From: Candidatus Marinacidobacterales bacterium
GTDB lineage: Bacteria; Acidobacteriota; Vicinamibacteria; Marinacidobacterales; DATDRI01
Reading direction: 5' to 3'
Length of the DNA stretch: 64,000 nucleotides
Assembly: GCA_965219415.1 (NCBI GenBank)
Contig: CBDCNP010000002.1
Span: forward strand, 4,640,001-4,704,000
Both the position numbers and the translations under genes were made by a program. Shown here in pieces: positions 39,797-50,090 of the stretch. A model generated the notes under the pieces. The model was given only the letters and a program-made list of their open reading frames with translations, ran no database searches and was not told where the DNA came from. How positions within the stretch are numbered: the first letter of the stretch is position 1; each line of letters starts with the position of its first letter.

Positions 39797-41181
39797 CGTG
39801 ACGTCGCGAGAGTGTCAGCCAGTCGCAGAGACAACGCGACAATCGTCAGCGTCGGGTTCGCGTACCCGCCGGTGGGAAACACGGACGAGCCAGCGACGAA
39901 CAGGTTGCGGTACCCGTGCACCCGGCAGTCTCGATCGACCACCGAAGTCGACCGACTCGTGCCCATTCTGGTCGTTCCCATGATGTGCCCGCCACCGTCC
40001 GCCCGCCGGTATAGGACATTATTGTGAATGCGTACCCGGCCCTTCTTCGACTCTATCAGCAATTCTCCGAGGAGCCGCAGCGTCGTCTCCGCGTTGAGGA
40101 AGTCCCCGGCGTTGAAGACACATCGGACGCTGGGCCGGTAGAACCCCGCGGCGTCGCGTTCCCCGGTCAGCAACACACGGTTACTGGCAGAGGGCAACAT
40201 TTCAGATCGTACCGAGCTGGTGTAGTGATAGAAGGGCTTCCCGTACTCCCTGGAGAGATACTCGACCATTGGATGATCGGTAGTTTGGTCTTGACAGTCC
40301 ACACTGCACCCGAATAACCCGTGCTGCATCGTCAGGGCATTGTCCGGCACCATCGCATGGGTGATTCCCCCAAAGGCAGCGGGCCTGGGTTGCCGGTTCA
40401 GGTCTTCGTCAAGCACGAGTTCGGCCACTCCAATGAAATGCGGATGCTCCATCAGGAACTTCCCCGCCTGGTCGCTCTCGTTGCCGACCGGAACCGCACC
40501 GTCCGATCGAGGCTGAAGTAGCAGTTGCGCGTTGCTGATGCCGCCGCCCGCGAGGACGACCGGCTGTGCGGGATGGATGGCAAGCTGGTGCGTGGTGCCC
40601 GAAGAATGATGACAATACGTCAGCGTCCGTACCGCGGAGCGCGACGTATCGGCGTCGAGGCCAACCACCGAGAATCCGAGCGCAACGTGAATCGTCGAGG
40701 ACTTCTCCAGTACATCGAGATACTTGAGGCCGAGGCGGGTCGGAGTAGCTCTTGAGAACGGTCGGTAGACGAACCCGGGCACCAGGGGTGTCTCGACATC
40801 GACGATAGAGGTGTCTCGGTCCAAGACTTCAGTCGCGCGCCGATAGTACGGCACCAACTCGGGGCGAGTAATCGGCCAGCGAACGCCGACGGCCGGGTTA
40901 TCGAAATCCCGTTCCGTCAGCGTGATACACCAGCCCGTCCAAACCTTTGAGGTGCCACCGAGTGTGCGGATAGAGTGTTGATCCCACCAGCCGTCTGGGA
41001 GGTGTCCTTGGTTGATGGCGTTTGGCATGTCGGCCCGAGCATCCGTTGCAGTGCCGGACTCAAAGACCAGCACCTTCTTATTTTTCTTGGCCAGCTCCAG
41101 GGCGAGCGTGATGCCCGCCGGGCCAGAGCCGATTACATAGCAGTCGTACCCCGGGCGGATCGTGCCGGAAGTAATCCACAT
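39793..41181 (-). CDS. GMC-family FAD oxidoreductase
   Basis: VIGSGPAG, GKFLMEH, HIMGTTRMG, NPTLTIVAL. Confidence 0.92.
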   Translation of the reverse strand: MWITSGTIRPGYDCYVIGSGPAGITLALELAKKNKKVLVFESGTATDARADMPNAINQGHLPDGWWDQHSIRTLGGTSKVWTGWCITLTERDFDNPAVGVRWPITRPELVPYYRRATEVLDRDTSIVDVETPLVPGFVYRPFSRATPTRLGLKYLDVLEKSSTIHVALGFSVVGLDADTSRSAVRTLTYCHHSSGTTHQLAIHPAQPVVLAGGGISNAQLLLQPRSDGAVPVGNESDQAGKFLMEHPHFIGVAELVLDEDLNRQPRPAAFGGITHAMVPDNALTMQHGLFGCSVDCQDQTTDHPMVEYLSREYGKPFYHYTSSVRSEMLPSASNRVLLTGERDAAGFYRPSVRCVFNAGDFLNAETTLRLLGELLIESKKGRVRIHNNVLYRRADGGGHIMGTTRMGTSRSTSVVDRDCRVHGYRNLFVAGSSVFPTGGYANPTLTIVALSLRLADTLATSR

Positions 41182-41661
41182 TGCGCCAGGCAGAATACAC
41201 TACGGTGAACCTTCACGCCATAAACCTGTGCTCCGCAATAAGTTGATCCAGCTTTGATTGTGGGTTTTAGACTGCCATGCTCGGCTGGTTCGTGCCGGTC
41301 GACCTGGCTCTGCCAAATCTGTCTTAGCAACGCTGCCCAAGTGGAGCGGAGAAGCGCCCGGGGGCGCGGTCCCTGGGGTCGCCTTACCCGAAGCCAGTGA
41401 ATTTGAGATAATCGAACAGGGAATTGAGATGACCGATCAGGCAGTGTCACGCGCAGCACGTGACGGGTTCAGTTGATGGCAGAAGCACCTCGAGCCGCTC
41501 CCAAAAAGGTCATTGCGCTCGAAGGATGTCGGACCGCCCGCGCCGGACGAATGGTCGAGAGCGTCCGAGACCTTTCCGAGCCGTAGCAACCGATCTCGAT
41601 AAGGGCGAGGATTCCCCTGAGAACAGTTAGATTCAGCGGCGACTATACTGCCCCCCGTTTC

Positions 41662-42135
41662 GTGGCGGTGTTTCTCCTCCTCGGCACTGGACTGGGTCTT
41701 TGTTTCCACTACGTCATTGCCGGCCACTACGCTGGTGCCGCCTGGCCGCTGAGCGGCTTCGGGGAACGTCCCGATCTCGTCGTCAACGATTACGTCCGAC
41801 CGCTGGGTATCAGCAGCAAGCTGGCGCCCTTCGACAACATCAGAGCCTACCTCCCCTTCGAAGCCGTGCCCTACGGTCCGTTCGGCCTGCTTGTTTACGC
41901 TGGTCTGGCGCAACTCCCCATGGCCTGGGCGACGGTTCTGTATCTGGGCGGCTTCCTGTTGTTTTTTTTCTTTCTCGTCGACCGGAGCCTCGACGGCTTG
42001 GAGCTACCCGAGCGCTTTTTGATCGCCATCCCCCTGGTTTTCTGCAGCTATCCGGTGTTGTTTCTCCTGGACCGGGGGAACGCCGACGGATGGGTCTTTG
42101 TCTGGATTTATCTTGCCCTGACCGGCTACCAGTGG
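41662..42135 (+). pseudogene. GT87-like membrane glycosyltransferase, 3'-truncated by a MITE
   Basis: PYGPF...SYPVLFLLDRGNAD. Confidence 0.6.
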
Positions 42136-42301
42136 GGTGCTTCCGCTGTTTACTGTTGGTGATGTGTACGCATCTCTTTGCAAAAGGGGCACTTACGCTC
42201 CATTTAGCGCGCGGCGAAGGTCACAAGCGCTATTCTGACTGTAACTTAATACACCGTAAAGTCTTAGCGTCATCTCACCAACACTTGATGGCGGAAGCAC
42301 C
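42136..42301 (+). mobile_element. 166-bp IS1-family MITE, copy 4
   Basis: Repeat of 8560-8725. Confidence 0.9.
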
Positions 42302-42742
42302 CCAAGGAGAACAAGTCCTGGGGCTACGACCGGATTGCCGGGGCGCTAGCCAACCTCGGGCATGAAGTGGCCGACCAAACCATCGGTAACATTCTGAAAC
42401 GCCCCGGCATTCCGCTCGCACCAGAGCGTCGGAAGACCACGACGTGGAGGGAGTTCATCCGCTCGCACATGGACGTGCTCGCGGCGACAGATTTCTTCAC
42501 CACGCAAGTGTGGACTCAGGGCGGGTTGGTGACGTACTACGTTCTGTTCTTCATGCACCTGGCTACCCGTCGAGTCCACGTCGCCGGCATCACGCCGCAT
42601 CCGAACGAACAGTGGATGACTCAAGTGGCTCGCAACGTGACCATGGCAGATGTCGGCTTTCTGTCCTCGAGCCGATACCTCATTCACGACCGGGACTCGA
42701 AGTTCTGCGAGTCGTTCCACCGGACCATCGAGGCGGTTGGCC
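42302..42742 (+). pseudogene. Internal fragment of a second integrase-core transposase
   Basis: WREFIRSH...ATDFFT...YLIHDRDSKF. Confidence 0.85.
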
Positions 42743-43229
42743 GTGAGGTCAAAATACTCATGCGGCTTCCCGATGGTAGAAACGTAGCAGCCCGCCAAGC
42801 CGTTCACGGGAGCGCACCTTGTGCTCGGACTTGAGGTAACTGTTCGCTGGCTGGGAACAGCAGTAGATTCTCCTTGCCTTGATGATTCCCGTCGTGTCCA
42901 AAAACACAAACGAACTCCAGACTCACGCGCCGCGCCGGGCCGTTTCGTATTAGACGTGTCTACGCTTGGTTCGCCAATGGAAGCTAGAATCCTCGGTGAT
43001 GAGCACGCCGAGCCAGCCCTTGACATTGTTGGTCGTCGCCATCGCTACATCCGTAGGAATCTGGACCGTGTCTCAGTTCCAGTGTGGCCGTCTGCTCTTT
43101 AGGGCAGCGATACCGTTCTGGTTTGTCAACTTCGTGTAAGACCATTAGAATAGCGCCGTTTGAGTATCGCTCGAAGCTCAACCACCCAATACGTCGAGTT
43201 AGCTGCAAACGAAAAAGGAGACTTGAGGA

Positions 43230-43547
43230 ATGGCGAAAAAACCCATGACCCAAACCCAAATCGTGGCCCAGATGTCGGAAACGATGCAGGTTCCGAAGAA
43301 GCAGGCCGCTGCATGGTTCAAGTCGATTGCCGATCTCGCGGTAAAGGAAACGAAGCGAACGGGCCAGTTCGTCATTCCCGGAATCGGAAAACTCGTGAAG
43401 TCGAAACGAAAGGCTCGCAAGGGACGCAACCCCCGGACCGGCGAACAGATTCGAATCCCGAAAAAGACGGTGGTCAAGTTTCGAGTAGCGAAAGCTTGCC
43501 AAGACGCCGTCGTCCCACCGAAGAAGAAGCTCACAAGCGACGCCTGA
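43230..43547 (+). CDS. HU-family DNA-binding protein
   Basis: FVIPGIGKL...RKARKGRNPRTGEQIRIP...VKFR. Confidence 0.95.
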   Translation: MAKKPMTQTQIVAQMSETMQVPKKQAAAWFKSIADLAVKETKRTGQFVIPGIGKLVKSKRKARKGRNPRTGEQIRIPKKTVVKFRVAKACQDAVVPPKKKLTSDA

Positions 43548-43887
43548 GAATGTTCTTACTGATCGACGGATGCACGCCGATGATCTATGCGTAAAAAGCG
43601 CACGAGGAATCGGGCAAAGGCGGACACTGAGAAGCCGATGGAAACCAAACCATTGCAGGTTCCAGAGACCCCACCAATCCGGCCGGAGGTGCCAACGGGG
43701 GAGGGAAATGTTGGGTTGCGCCTTCTACTTATTCATCCGCGCGCACCGAACTTGATTAGTCTTCGGTCTGCCGGCACCATGCCTGTATAATTTCGTCGTT
43801 TGTTCGCGCTCTCATCTCTGCCCGTCGTGTCCAAAAAAAGAGAAACCAACTCCAGACAGGTGCACCGGGACGTTTCGGATTAGAGGT

Positions 43888-44099
43888 CGTGAGGTCAAAA
43901 TACTCATGCGGCTTCCCGATGGTAGAAACGTAGAAGCCTGCCAAGCCGTTCACGGGAGCGCACCTTGCGCTCGGACTGAGATAACTGATTGCTGGCTGGG
44001 AACAGCGGCAGATTCTCCTTGCCTGGATGATTCCTCTCGTGGTGATGGTAGACGTGCAAACTGCTGACCCGCTGGGCGTTCGAGTATTTTGACCAGACG
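43888..44099. mobile_element. 212-bp mini-element with IRs CGTGAGGTCAAAATACTC / GAGTATTTTGACCAGACG; inverted 188-bp sibling at 45062-45249
   Basis: Residual LGRLLRFYHREAA* integrase C-terminus; orphan ends at 29387, 36601, 42743. Confidence 0.85.
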
Positions 44100-44246
44100 G
44101 CCATAAATCAGCAACTTAGTGTCTAAAGTCTTAGCGTCATCTCACCAACACTTAATGGCGGAAGCACCAATTTTCGGACACGACGACCTCCGTAAACAGT
44201 GATTGCGCCGACCCTGGGAGTGGTAGTATCATTTTGGTAGGTTCGA

Positions 44247-44999
44247 ATGAAACACATCAGACTGGTTGAGGCCTTCGTGCCAAAGAAAGATCGGTCGGAG
44301 GAACTGCGTCGCCAAGTAAACGAGCGCTATGGCGGCGAGGGTTTGACCCTCAGCGTAGGCTACCCAGAAGGGGAACCGGAGTTCGAAACAACGGAATCCG
44401 TCACCGCGCTCAGCCTTTCTGTACCCCAGCTCATCACGGATGCCGTGAAGGCCGAGCGGGAAGGGGTGGATGGAATCGTCGTCAACTGCATGGCCGATCC
44501 CGGCGTGCGGGAGATGCGCGAGAATGTTGCCATCCCGGTGCTCGGGCCCGGCCAAACCTCGATGCATGTGGCCACCTTGGTGGGGCGACGGTTTAGTCTC
44601 CTGGTGACCAGCGAGTTCTCTGCACGTTATTTCGAGGAACAGGCGGAGAAGGTAGGGCTGGGCGCGCGGCTTGCATCCTGCGAAGTAGTTGGTATTCCGC
44701 CCGAGGAGATAGGGGCCGATCCGGGACGAACCACAGCTTTACTGGTCGAAGCGGCCCGGAGAGCGATCTGCGGAGCGAATGCTGACACGCTAGTGCTTTG
44801 CTGCACGGGGTTTGCGTTTCTTGCCGGAGATCTCCGGAAGAAACTAAAGGCCATGAAGTTGAGCGTGCCCCTCGTCGACCCGCTTGCCGTCACCATCCAT
44901 ACACTGGCGGTTCTCCTGGATGCCGGGCTCACCCACAGCCGGATCGCTTATCCCGGTATTCGTGCGTCCCTGGGTACCGTCAAGTTGACGAAAAACTAG
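44247..44999 (+). CDS. Asp/Glu/hydantoin racemase-family protein
   Basis: NCMADPG and LCCTGF catalytic cysteine pair. Confidence 0.9.
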   Translation: MKHIRLVEAFVPKKDRSEELRRQVNERYGGEGLTLSVGYPEGEPEFETTESVTALSLSVPQLITDAVKAEREGVDGIVVNCMADPGVREMRENVAIPVLGPGQTSMHVATLVGRRFSLLVTSEFSARYFEEQAEKVGLGARLASCEVVGIPPEEIGADPGRTTALLVEAARRAICGANADTLVLCCTGFAFLAGDLRKKLKAMKLSVPLVDPLAVTIHTLAVLLDAGLTHSRIAYPGIRASLGTVKLTKN

Positions 45000-45351
45000 C
45001 TAACCGACCCCGTCCTGTGCGGTGCTTCCGCAATCAAGTGTTGGTGGCTGCCGCGTAACCCCGTCTGGTCAAAATACTCGAACGCCCAGCGGGTCAGCAG
45101 TTTGCACCTTTCCAAGAGCCGCTTGAATCCGCCATGCACTTAGGGAGCACGTCGTCTACCATCACCACGAAAGGTGCGCTCCCGTGAACGGCTTGGCGGG
45201 TTGCTCCGTTTCTACCATCGGGAAGCCGCATGAGTATTTTGACCTCACGGGTTGAGTTTAGGCGGTTTTTTTCATTTTCCTCCTTCGGTCTCTTGGGTTT
45301 TGGCAGACAGCGGACGAAGACCTCCGCTGGTGTCCTTCCCTGCATTTTAGA

Positions 45352-45853
45352 ATGAAACGTTTCTCAAAGAAAAGTTGGGTTTCCGGCACGGTGGTCCGGA
45401 AGCTGTTTCCCGAAGTCGAACACCATTCGATCGATGCTTTGACAGCGGTCTGGGACGAAGTCGTCGATTGGATCATCAGTGAGATGATGACGCTGTCCAA
45501 AGCCAATAATGTCGAACTGCACATCAACGTCCGTGAGGACATGGTGATGGAACTTGCACGGCTTCAGTTCTGGCTAGCCGAGCGGGTCGTCGAGAAGCGG
45601 GTCACCGGCCGAGAATTGTCATCCATCGATCCCGAACAGGAACGGGAGGAATGTCTGGGCCCGGAAGGCGCAGACACCATTCGCGGCAAGGCCCGGATGG
45701 TTCATGAGCGCATCTGGTCGAAACGCTTGGAAGAGCGATGGAAACCGAAGTCGGCTAAGGCGATCGAACGCGAGGCGAACCCCAAGCTGGCAAAGCTCGC
45801 GGTCAAGCCGGTCGGCAAGAACCATTTCATTCCGCGCTGGTTCATCCGTGACC
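45352..45853 (+). pseudogene. Hypothetical gene truncated at the start of a DUF4238-like motif
   Basis: KNHFIPRWFI immediately before the IS end at 45854. Confidence 0.4.
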
Positions 45854-46170
45854 TGTGCATCGTCAAAACTGCTCCGCCCACGAAATCAAGGACTTACGCT
45901 CCGCTTGAATTCCGGGCCGAAGACGGCGAAACTCCGCCGCTATGCTCAACGTTGTTGTCTTCTTCGTCTCACTTGGCGTCCGTGCCATTCGGGCGATGTG
46001 TCGGCGCCGCGCCGACCTGGTGTTGGAGAACGTCGCTTTGCGGCAGCAAGTGACGGCGCTGGGTGCTTCCGCAATTAAGTGTTGGCGGCCAGCCCCTAAC
46101 CGGTCTGCGTGCTAGAGTTTGAACCAGAATTCCGAAGACACAGTTCTCTCATCGTCAGGGCCGAGCCAAA

Positions 46171-47238
46171 GTGAAGAATCGCAGATGTCTCAATCTCGCA
46201 TGTCCGTTGCGGGGCAAAGTCAGTTCCGGAAACATCGTTCGCCACGGATTCTACCGAACCAGGTCCGGGAAACGCCGTCGATACCGGTGCGGCGAGTGTG
46301 GAAAGACGTTCTCTTCGACGAAAGGCACGCCCTACTACCGTCTCCAACATCGAAGAGCTACTTTCGAAGGGGTCATCGCTCTCAGAGTCGAGGGTGTCAG
46401 CATTTCCGCGATTTCCCGGATCAAAGGGATTGCCTGGAACACCGTCGCCCGCTGGCTCGAGAAGGCAGCCCAAGTGTGTCGTCGATTCAATCACAGAAGG
46501 ATCGCTGGCTTCGCCGCCGAAGAGCTTCAAGCCGACGAGATTCGCACGTTCGCGGGCAACAAGAAGACACCGAGTTGGGTCTTCGTTACGATCGAGGTCT
46601 GGTCTCGGCTCTGGCCATCGACGGCGACGGGAAGGCGAAGCTACCGGAACACTCACGCTCTGTTTCGCGACCTTTCGAGACGGATGAATTTCGAGCGTCT
46701 TCCCTTGATCGTCACGGATGGATTCGAATTCTACCAGAAAGTCATCCGTCGCTTCTTCGGTCCGGCGTGTCTCTACGGCCAGGTCCTAAAAACGCGCAGG
46801 AACGATTGCATCATCAAGGTCGAACGGAGAGCGCTGCACGGAGCCGCGTGGCGATTCGAAGACGCGCTCAATAACTCCGAGGACTCTTCGACATTGAACA
46901 CGTCGTTCATCGAGCGGTTGAATCTGACCATCCGGCAAAGCTCGGCATACCTTTCGAGACGAACGCTTTCCCACGCTCGCTCGACGGAGAGGCTCGATGA
47001 GCACCTGGAGTTGCTCCGTTGCTATTACAACTTCGTCCGACCGCACGGAGCTCTGAAGTTCGGACGTGAGATCCGAACTCCGGCTATGCAGGCTGGTCTG
47101 ACGACGCGACGGCTCACCTTTCGAGACATCTTCTTGGCGACGACGATTCCTTTGTGGTCGCGGATCGAGGTTTTCCTGCTCAGTAGGGCGCGCAACCCGG
47201 TCTCTTCCGCACCTGTACCACTGCCCGCAGCCGCGTAG
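46171..47238 (+). CDS. IS1-family transposase (single ORF)
   Basis: Zn ribbon CxNxxC...RYRCGECGKTF, HTH, QADE, IVTDG, NTSFIERLNLTIR. Confidence 0.85.
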   Translation: MKNRRCLNLACPLRGKVSSGNIVRHGFYRTRSGKRRRYRCGECGKTFSSTKGTPYYRLQHRRATFEGVIALRVEGVSISAISRIKGIAWNTVARWLEKAAQVCRRFNHRRIAGFAAEELQADEIRTFAGNKKTPSWVFVTIEVWSRLWPSTATGRRSYRNTHALFRDLSRRMNFERLPLIVTDGFEFYQKVIRRFFGPACLYGQVLKTRRNDCIIKVERRALHGAAWRFEDALNNSEDSSTLNTSFIERLNLTIRQSSAYLSRRTLSHARSTERLDEHLELLRCYYNFVRPHGALKFGREIRTPAMQAGLTTRRLTFRDIFLATTIPLWSRIEVFLLSRARNPVSSAPVPLPAAA

Positions 47239-47243
47239 CAACA

Positions 47244-48688
47244 TATCTGGACTCCTCTAGTCAAGCCCCTTTCTTTCTAGTCACGCCCCTTTCTTAATAA
47301 ATCTTCCATCGAAGCTGCGCATCCATCGCGTCGTGACGAGTGGGTCAGACTGCAAACGTATCTTCGGCCTCAGTGAGGAGCGTCTTGGGTGCTCCGGGCC
47401 ATGATGGAAAATCCGCGCGCGAGGAGCCAATCACTTTGAACGACCTCTTAGGGCCAGTGTTGCTATTGGCTTGACCCCGCGCCGGTCCGACCGGTACGCC
47501 ATCAGTTGGATGGGTATCGTCGCAGCCTCTTTTGGAAGGGAAAAAGGAAAACACGAAAGTGGAGCCTCTAAATCTAAGCGGCCACCGGCGACTGGAATTC
47601 ACTCTCGCGGGTGGAGACGGCCCAGACGATCCGGGCGAGTTTGTTGGCGACAGCAATCACGGCCTTGTTGTGTCCCCGCGAGCGGTGGACCTTCCGAGCC
47701 CAGGCGCGGAGCTTGTCGGGCGGGCTCTTGCTGACGTTCGCCGCGCGGAGCACGGCGCGCCCGCCCTGGGTGAGGAGCATACGGAGGTAGGAGTCGCCAC
47801 GCTTGGTGATGCGTCCGAGGCGGCGAATGTCGCCACTGGAGTTTTCCTTGGGAACTAGGCCGAGGTAGCTCGAGAAGCGGCGCCCCGATGGGAAGCGGCG
47901 AAGATCGCCGACGAAGCCCACGATGGCGGTCGCGGCCAGAAGTCCGATGCCGGGAATGGCGAGAAGTCGTTGGACTTCAGGAAGCTGCTTGGTGAGCGCC
48001 TTGAGCTCGTGCTCGATGCTAGCGCACTTGTCCTTGAGTTCTCGAATCTCGGAGCAGGCATCACGGAGATGCGAACGGAGCACGTCGGGCAAATCAGAAT
48101 CAGCGTCTTCGACGAGTTCGAAGAGGGCGGGCACGACGAAGTGAGCGCCCTTTGGGATGATGAATCCGAGTTCGCGCAGGAGCCCGCGTACGGCATTGAT
48201 GCGTGCGGTCCGTGTGGAGAGCCATCCTGAGCGCAGGCGATGGAGCGCAGCGAGGGTGTGCTGGTGCACGGACTTGATGGGTACGGGAAGAAGCTCCTCG
48301 TTCCTGTAGGCCTCGAGCAACGCCTTCGTGTCGGCGCGGTCGTTCTTGCTCCCGCGTCGATACGGCCTCACGAGGTGAGGTGGGAGCAGGACGACGTCGT
48401 GTCCCAACCTTCGGAACGTCCTTGCCCAGAAGTGAGCCGAGCCGCAGGCTTCGAGAAGCACGGTGGCAGCGCTCTGTTTGGCAAAGAACGACACCAATTT
48501 GGGTCGACTCACACGGAGTTGCTTGGACACCTTCCCCGCTTCTCCCGAGATGGCAATCTCGAAGACGTTCTTTGCAAGATCCACAGCGATTGTCGTATCT
48601 TTCATTCGGACTCCTCCTTTTCGATGCGTATTCGACTGACTTTGGCACATCGATGCCGTCTATGTCAGTGGAGGAGTCCATTCCATCA
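47244..48688 (-). mobile_element. IS1111-like element, copy 3 (1445 bp)
   Basis: Same ends and CA core as copy 1. Confidence 0.95.
47574..48605 (-). CDS. IS110/IS1111 recombinase
   Basis: Translation identical to copy 1. Confidence 0.95.
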   Translation of the reverse strand: MKDTTIAVDLAKNVFEIAISGEAGKVSKQLRVSRPKLVSFFAKQSAATVLLEACGSAHFWARTFRRLGHDVVLLPPHLVRPYRRGSKNDRADTKALLEAYRNEELLPVPIKSVHQHTLAALHRLRSGWLSTRTARINAVRGLLRELGFIIPKGAHFVVPALFELVEDADSDLPDVLRSHLRDACSEIRELKDKCASIEHELKALTKQLPEVQRLLAIPGIGLLAATAIVGFVGDLRRFPSGRRFSSYLGLVPKENSSGDIRRLGRITKRGDSYLRMLLTQGGRAVLRAANVSKSPPDKLRAWARKVHRSRGHNKAVIAVANKLARIVWAVSTRESEFQSPVAA

Positions 48689-48706
48689 CTTGATGGCGGA
48701 AGCACC

Positions 48707-49784
48707 GTCGCCTGGGTTTGCGGCCTGGGGCGCCGATCGGGCGGCGCCTGCCGGCGACTGTGGAAGTGGAACGCCGTTCTCTGCGCGCCTATGCGGAGCT
48801 GGTGCGATGACGGCGTCGACAGTGGAGCGGCGCGACCGGCTACGGGGGATGCTGGCGGATTTGAAGATGCCGGGTGCGCTTGAGGCAGTCGACGGCATCC
48901 TGGCGCAGGTCGACACCGGGGCCGTGACCGCCGGCGAGGCAATCGAGCAGTTGTTGACGGCACAGATCCTGCTCCGCAACAACCGCCGTCTACAGACGGC
49001 CATGCGCGCCTCGCGGCTGCCGGCCGTGAAGACGCTGGCGCAGTTCGACTTCACCTTCCAGCCCAGTATCAAGCGGGAGCAGATCGAGAGCCTGCACGAG
49101 CTCGGTTTCCTCGAGCGTGCCGAGAACGTCATCCTGCTAGGGCCGCCCGGCGTGGGCAAGACGCACCTGGCCATCAGCCTGGCCGTTGCGGCCGCCGAGG
49201 CGGGCCGCCGCGTCTACTACGGCACGTTAGCCGGGTTGATCGACTCGCTCACCGAAGCCAAGGCGGCGGGCAACCTCTCCCGGCGCCTGCGAGTGTTGAC
49301 ACATCCGGCGCTGCTCGTGGTGGACGAGATCGGCTACCTCCCGGTCAGCCAGGAGGGCGCCGTATTGTTCTTCCAGTTGACCAACGCCCGGCACGAACGG
49401 GCCTCGACAGTGCTGACCTCGAACAAGGGCTTCGAGGAGTGGGGGCACGTGCTCGGCGACGAGGTAATGGCGGCGGCTCTCATCGACCGCCTGCTGCACC
49501 ATTGCCATATCGTCAACATCCGGGGCAACAGCTACCGGATGCGAGAACACCGGAATCTGCTGCGAGCCACCTCCGACAAGACTGCCGAGCGTGTGGTGGG
49601 GTGAACTCGGTCCATGGGAACCGACCGATGCGTTTGGTGCCGGTCTCCGGTCGTTCCGCTCCATGCGTCCAGCACCAAACGCGGAACGGCGACTCCGACG
49701 CGGACCTCGGCGCCGCTCCGGACCGTTAGAAAAGTGTGCGGTTTCCGGTTGTCTAAAGTGTGCAGTTTTCGGTTGTCATTGACA
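48707..49784 (+). mobile_element. Right part of an IS21-family element (istA tail, istB, right end)
   Basis: VEVERRSLRAYAELVR* istA tail; repeated AAAGTGTGC...CGGTTGTC motifs ending TGACA. Confidence 0.88.
48807..49604 (+). CDS. istB: IS21 helper ATPase IstB
   Basis: GPPGVGKTHLA, VVDEIGY, TSNK, DRLLHH, GNSYRM. Confidence 0.93.
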   Translation: MTASTVERRDRLRGMLADLKMPGALEAVDGILAQVDTGAVTAGEAIEQLLTAQILLRNNRRLQTAMRASRLPAVKTLAQFDFTFQPSIKREQIESLHELGFLERAENVILLGPPGVGKTHLAISLAVAAAEAGRRVYYGTLAGLIDSLTEAKAAGNLSRRLRVLTHPALLVVDEIGYLPVSQEGAVLFFQLTNARHERASTVLTSNKGFEEWGHVLGDEVMAAALIDRLLHHCHIVNIRGNSYRMREHRNLLRATSDKTAERVVG

Positions 49785-49824
49785 ACGACGAGGTGATCGT
49801 GCCATGGAAAGCTTAACTAGGCAT

Positions 49825-49864
49825 TGACCTGACCCCACGGTTAGTACCACGTGGGGTCGGGTCA
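49825..49864. repeat. 40-bp palindrome made of two IS3-like terminal IRs
   Basis: TGACCTGACCCCACG-10 nt-CGTGGGGTCGGGTCA (14/15 match). Confidence 0.7.
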
Positions 49865-50090
49865 CCCTTCCCCGAAGGTTTCGAACTGGTCGCGACTAGT
49901 ATTCGTCACAGTCGGAGCGGGTTCGATATGCGACCTGATTCAAGCGTGTCAGCCAACCGATACAGGTCGCACGGGTGCATCCCGTCCTGTGCCAAAACTC
50001 GGATCTTTCGAAATAGACCATAAATCAGCAGCTTAGCAAGTTCGGTGCGCGCGGATGAATAAATAGAAGGCACATCCAGATCCAAACTGT

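Larger units (their letters stand above)
46062..48706 (+). mobile_element. Full-length IS1-family element carrying IS1111 copy 3 in its right IR
   Basis: IRL GGTGCTTCCGCAATTAAGTGTTG; IRR CAA[CA]//CTTGATGGCGGAAGCACC; no TSD. Confidence 0.88.

Noticed and set aside
43885-45252. GGT on both sides of the racemase unit as a target-site duplication
   Set aside because: Only 3 bp; the left flank belongs to a repeat that continues differently at about 12836, and the right flank is an IS481-like fragment, so they were not one site
48240-49604. 454-aa N-terminally extended IstB
   Set aside because: The extension is antisense IS1111 sequence; the real start is ATG 48807, overlapping the istA stop
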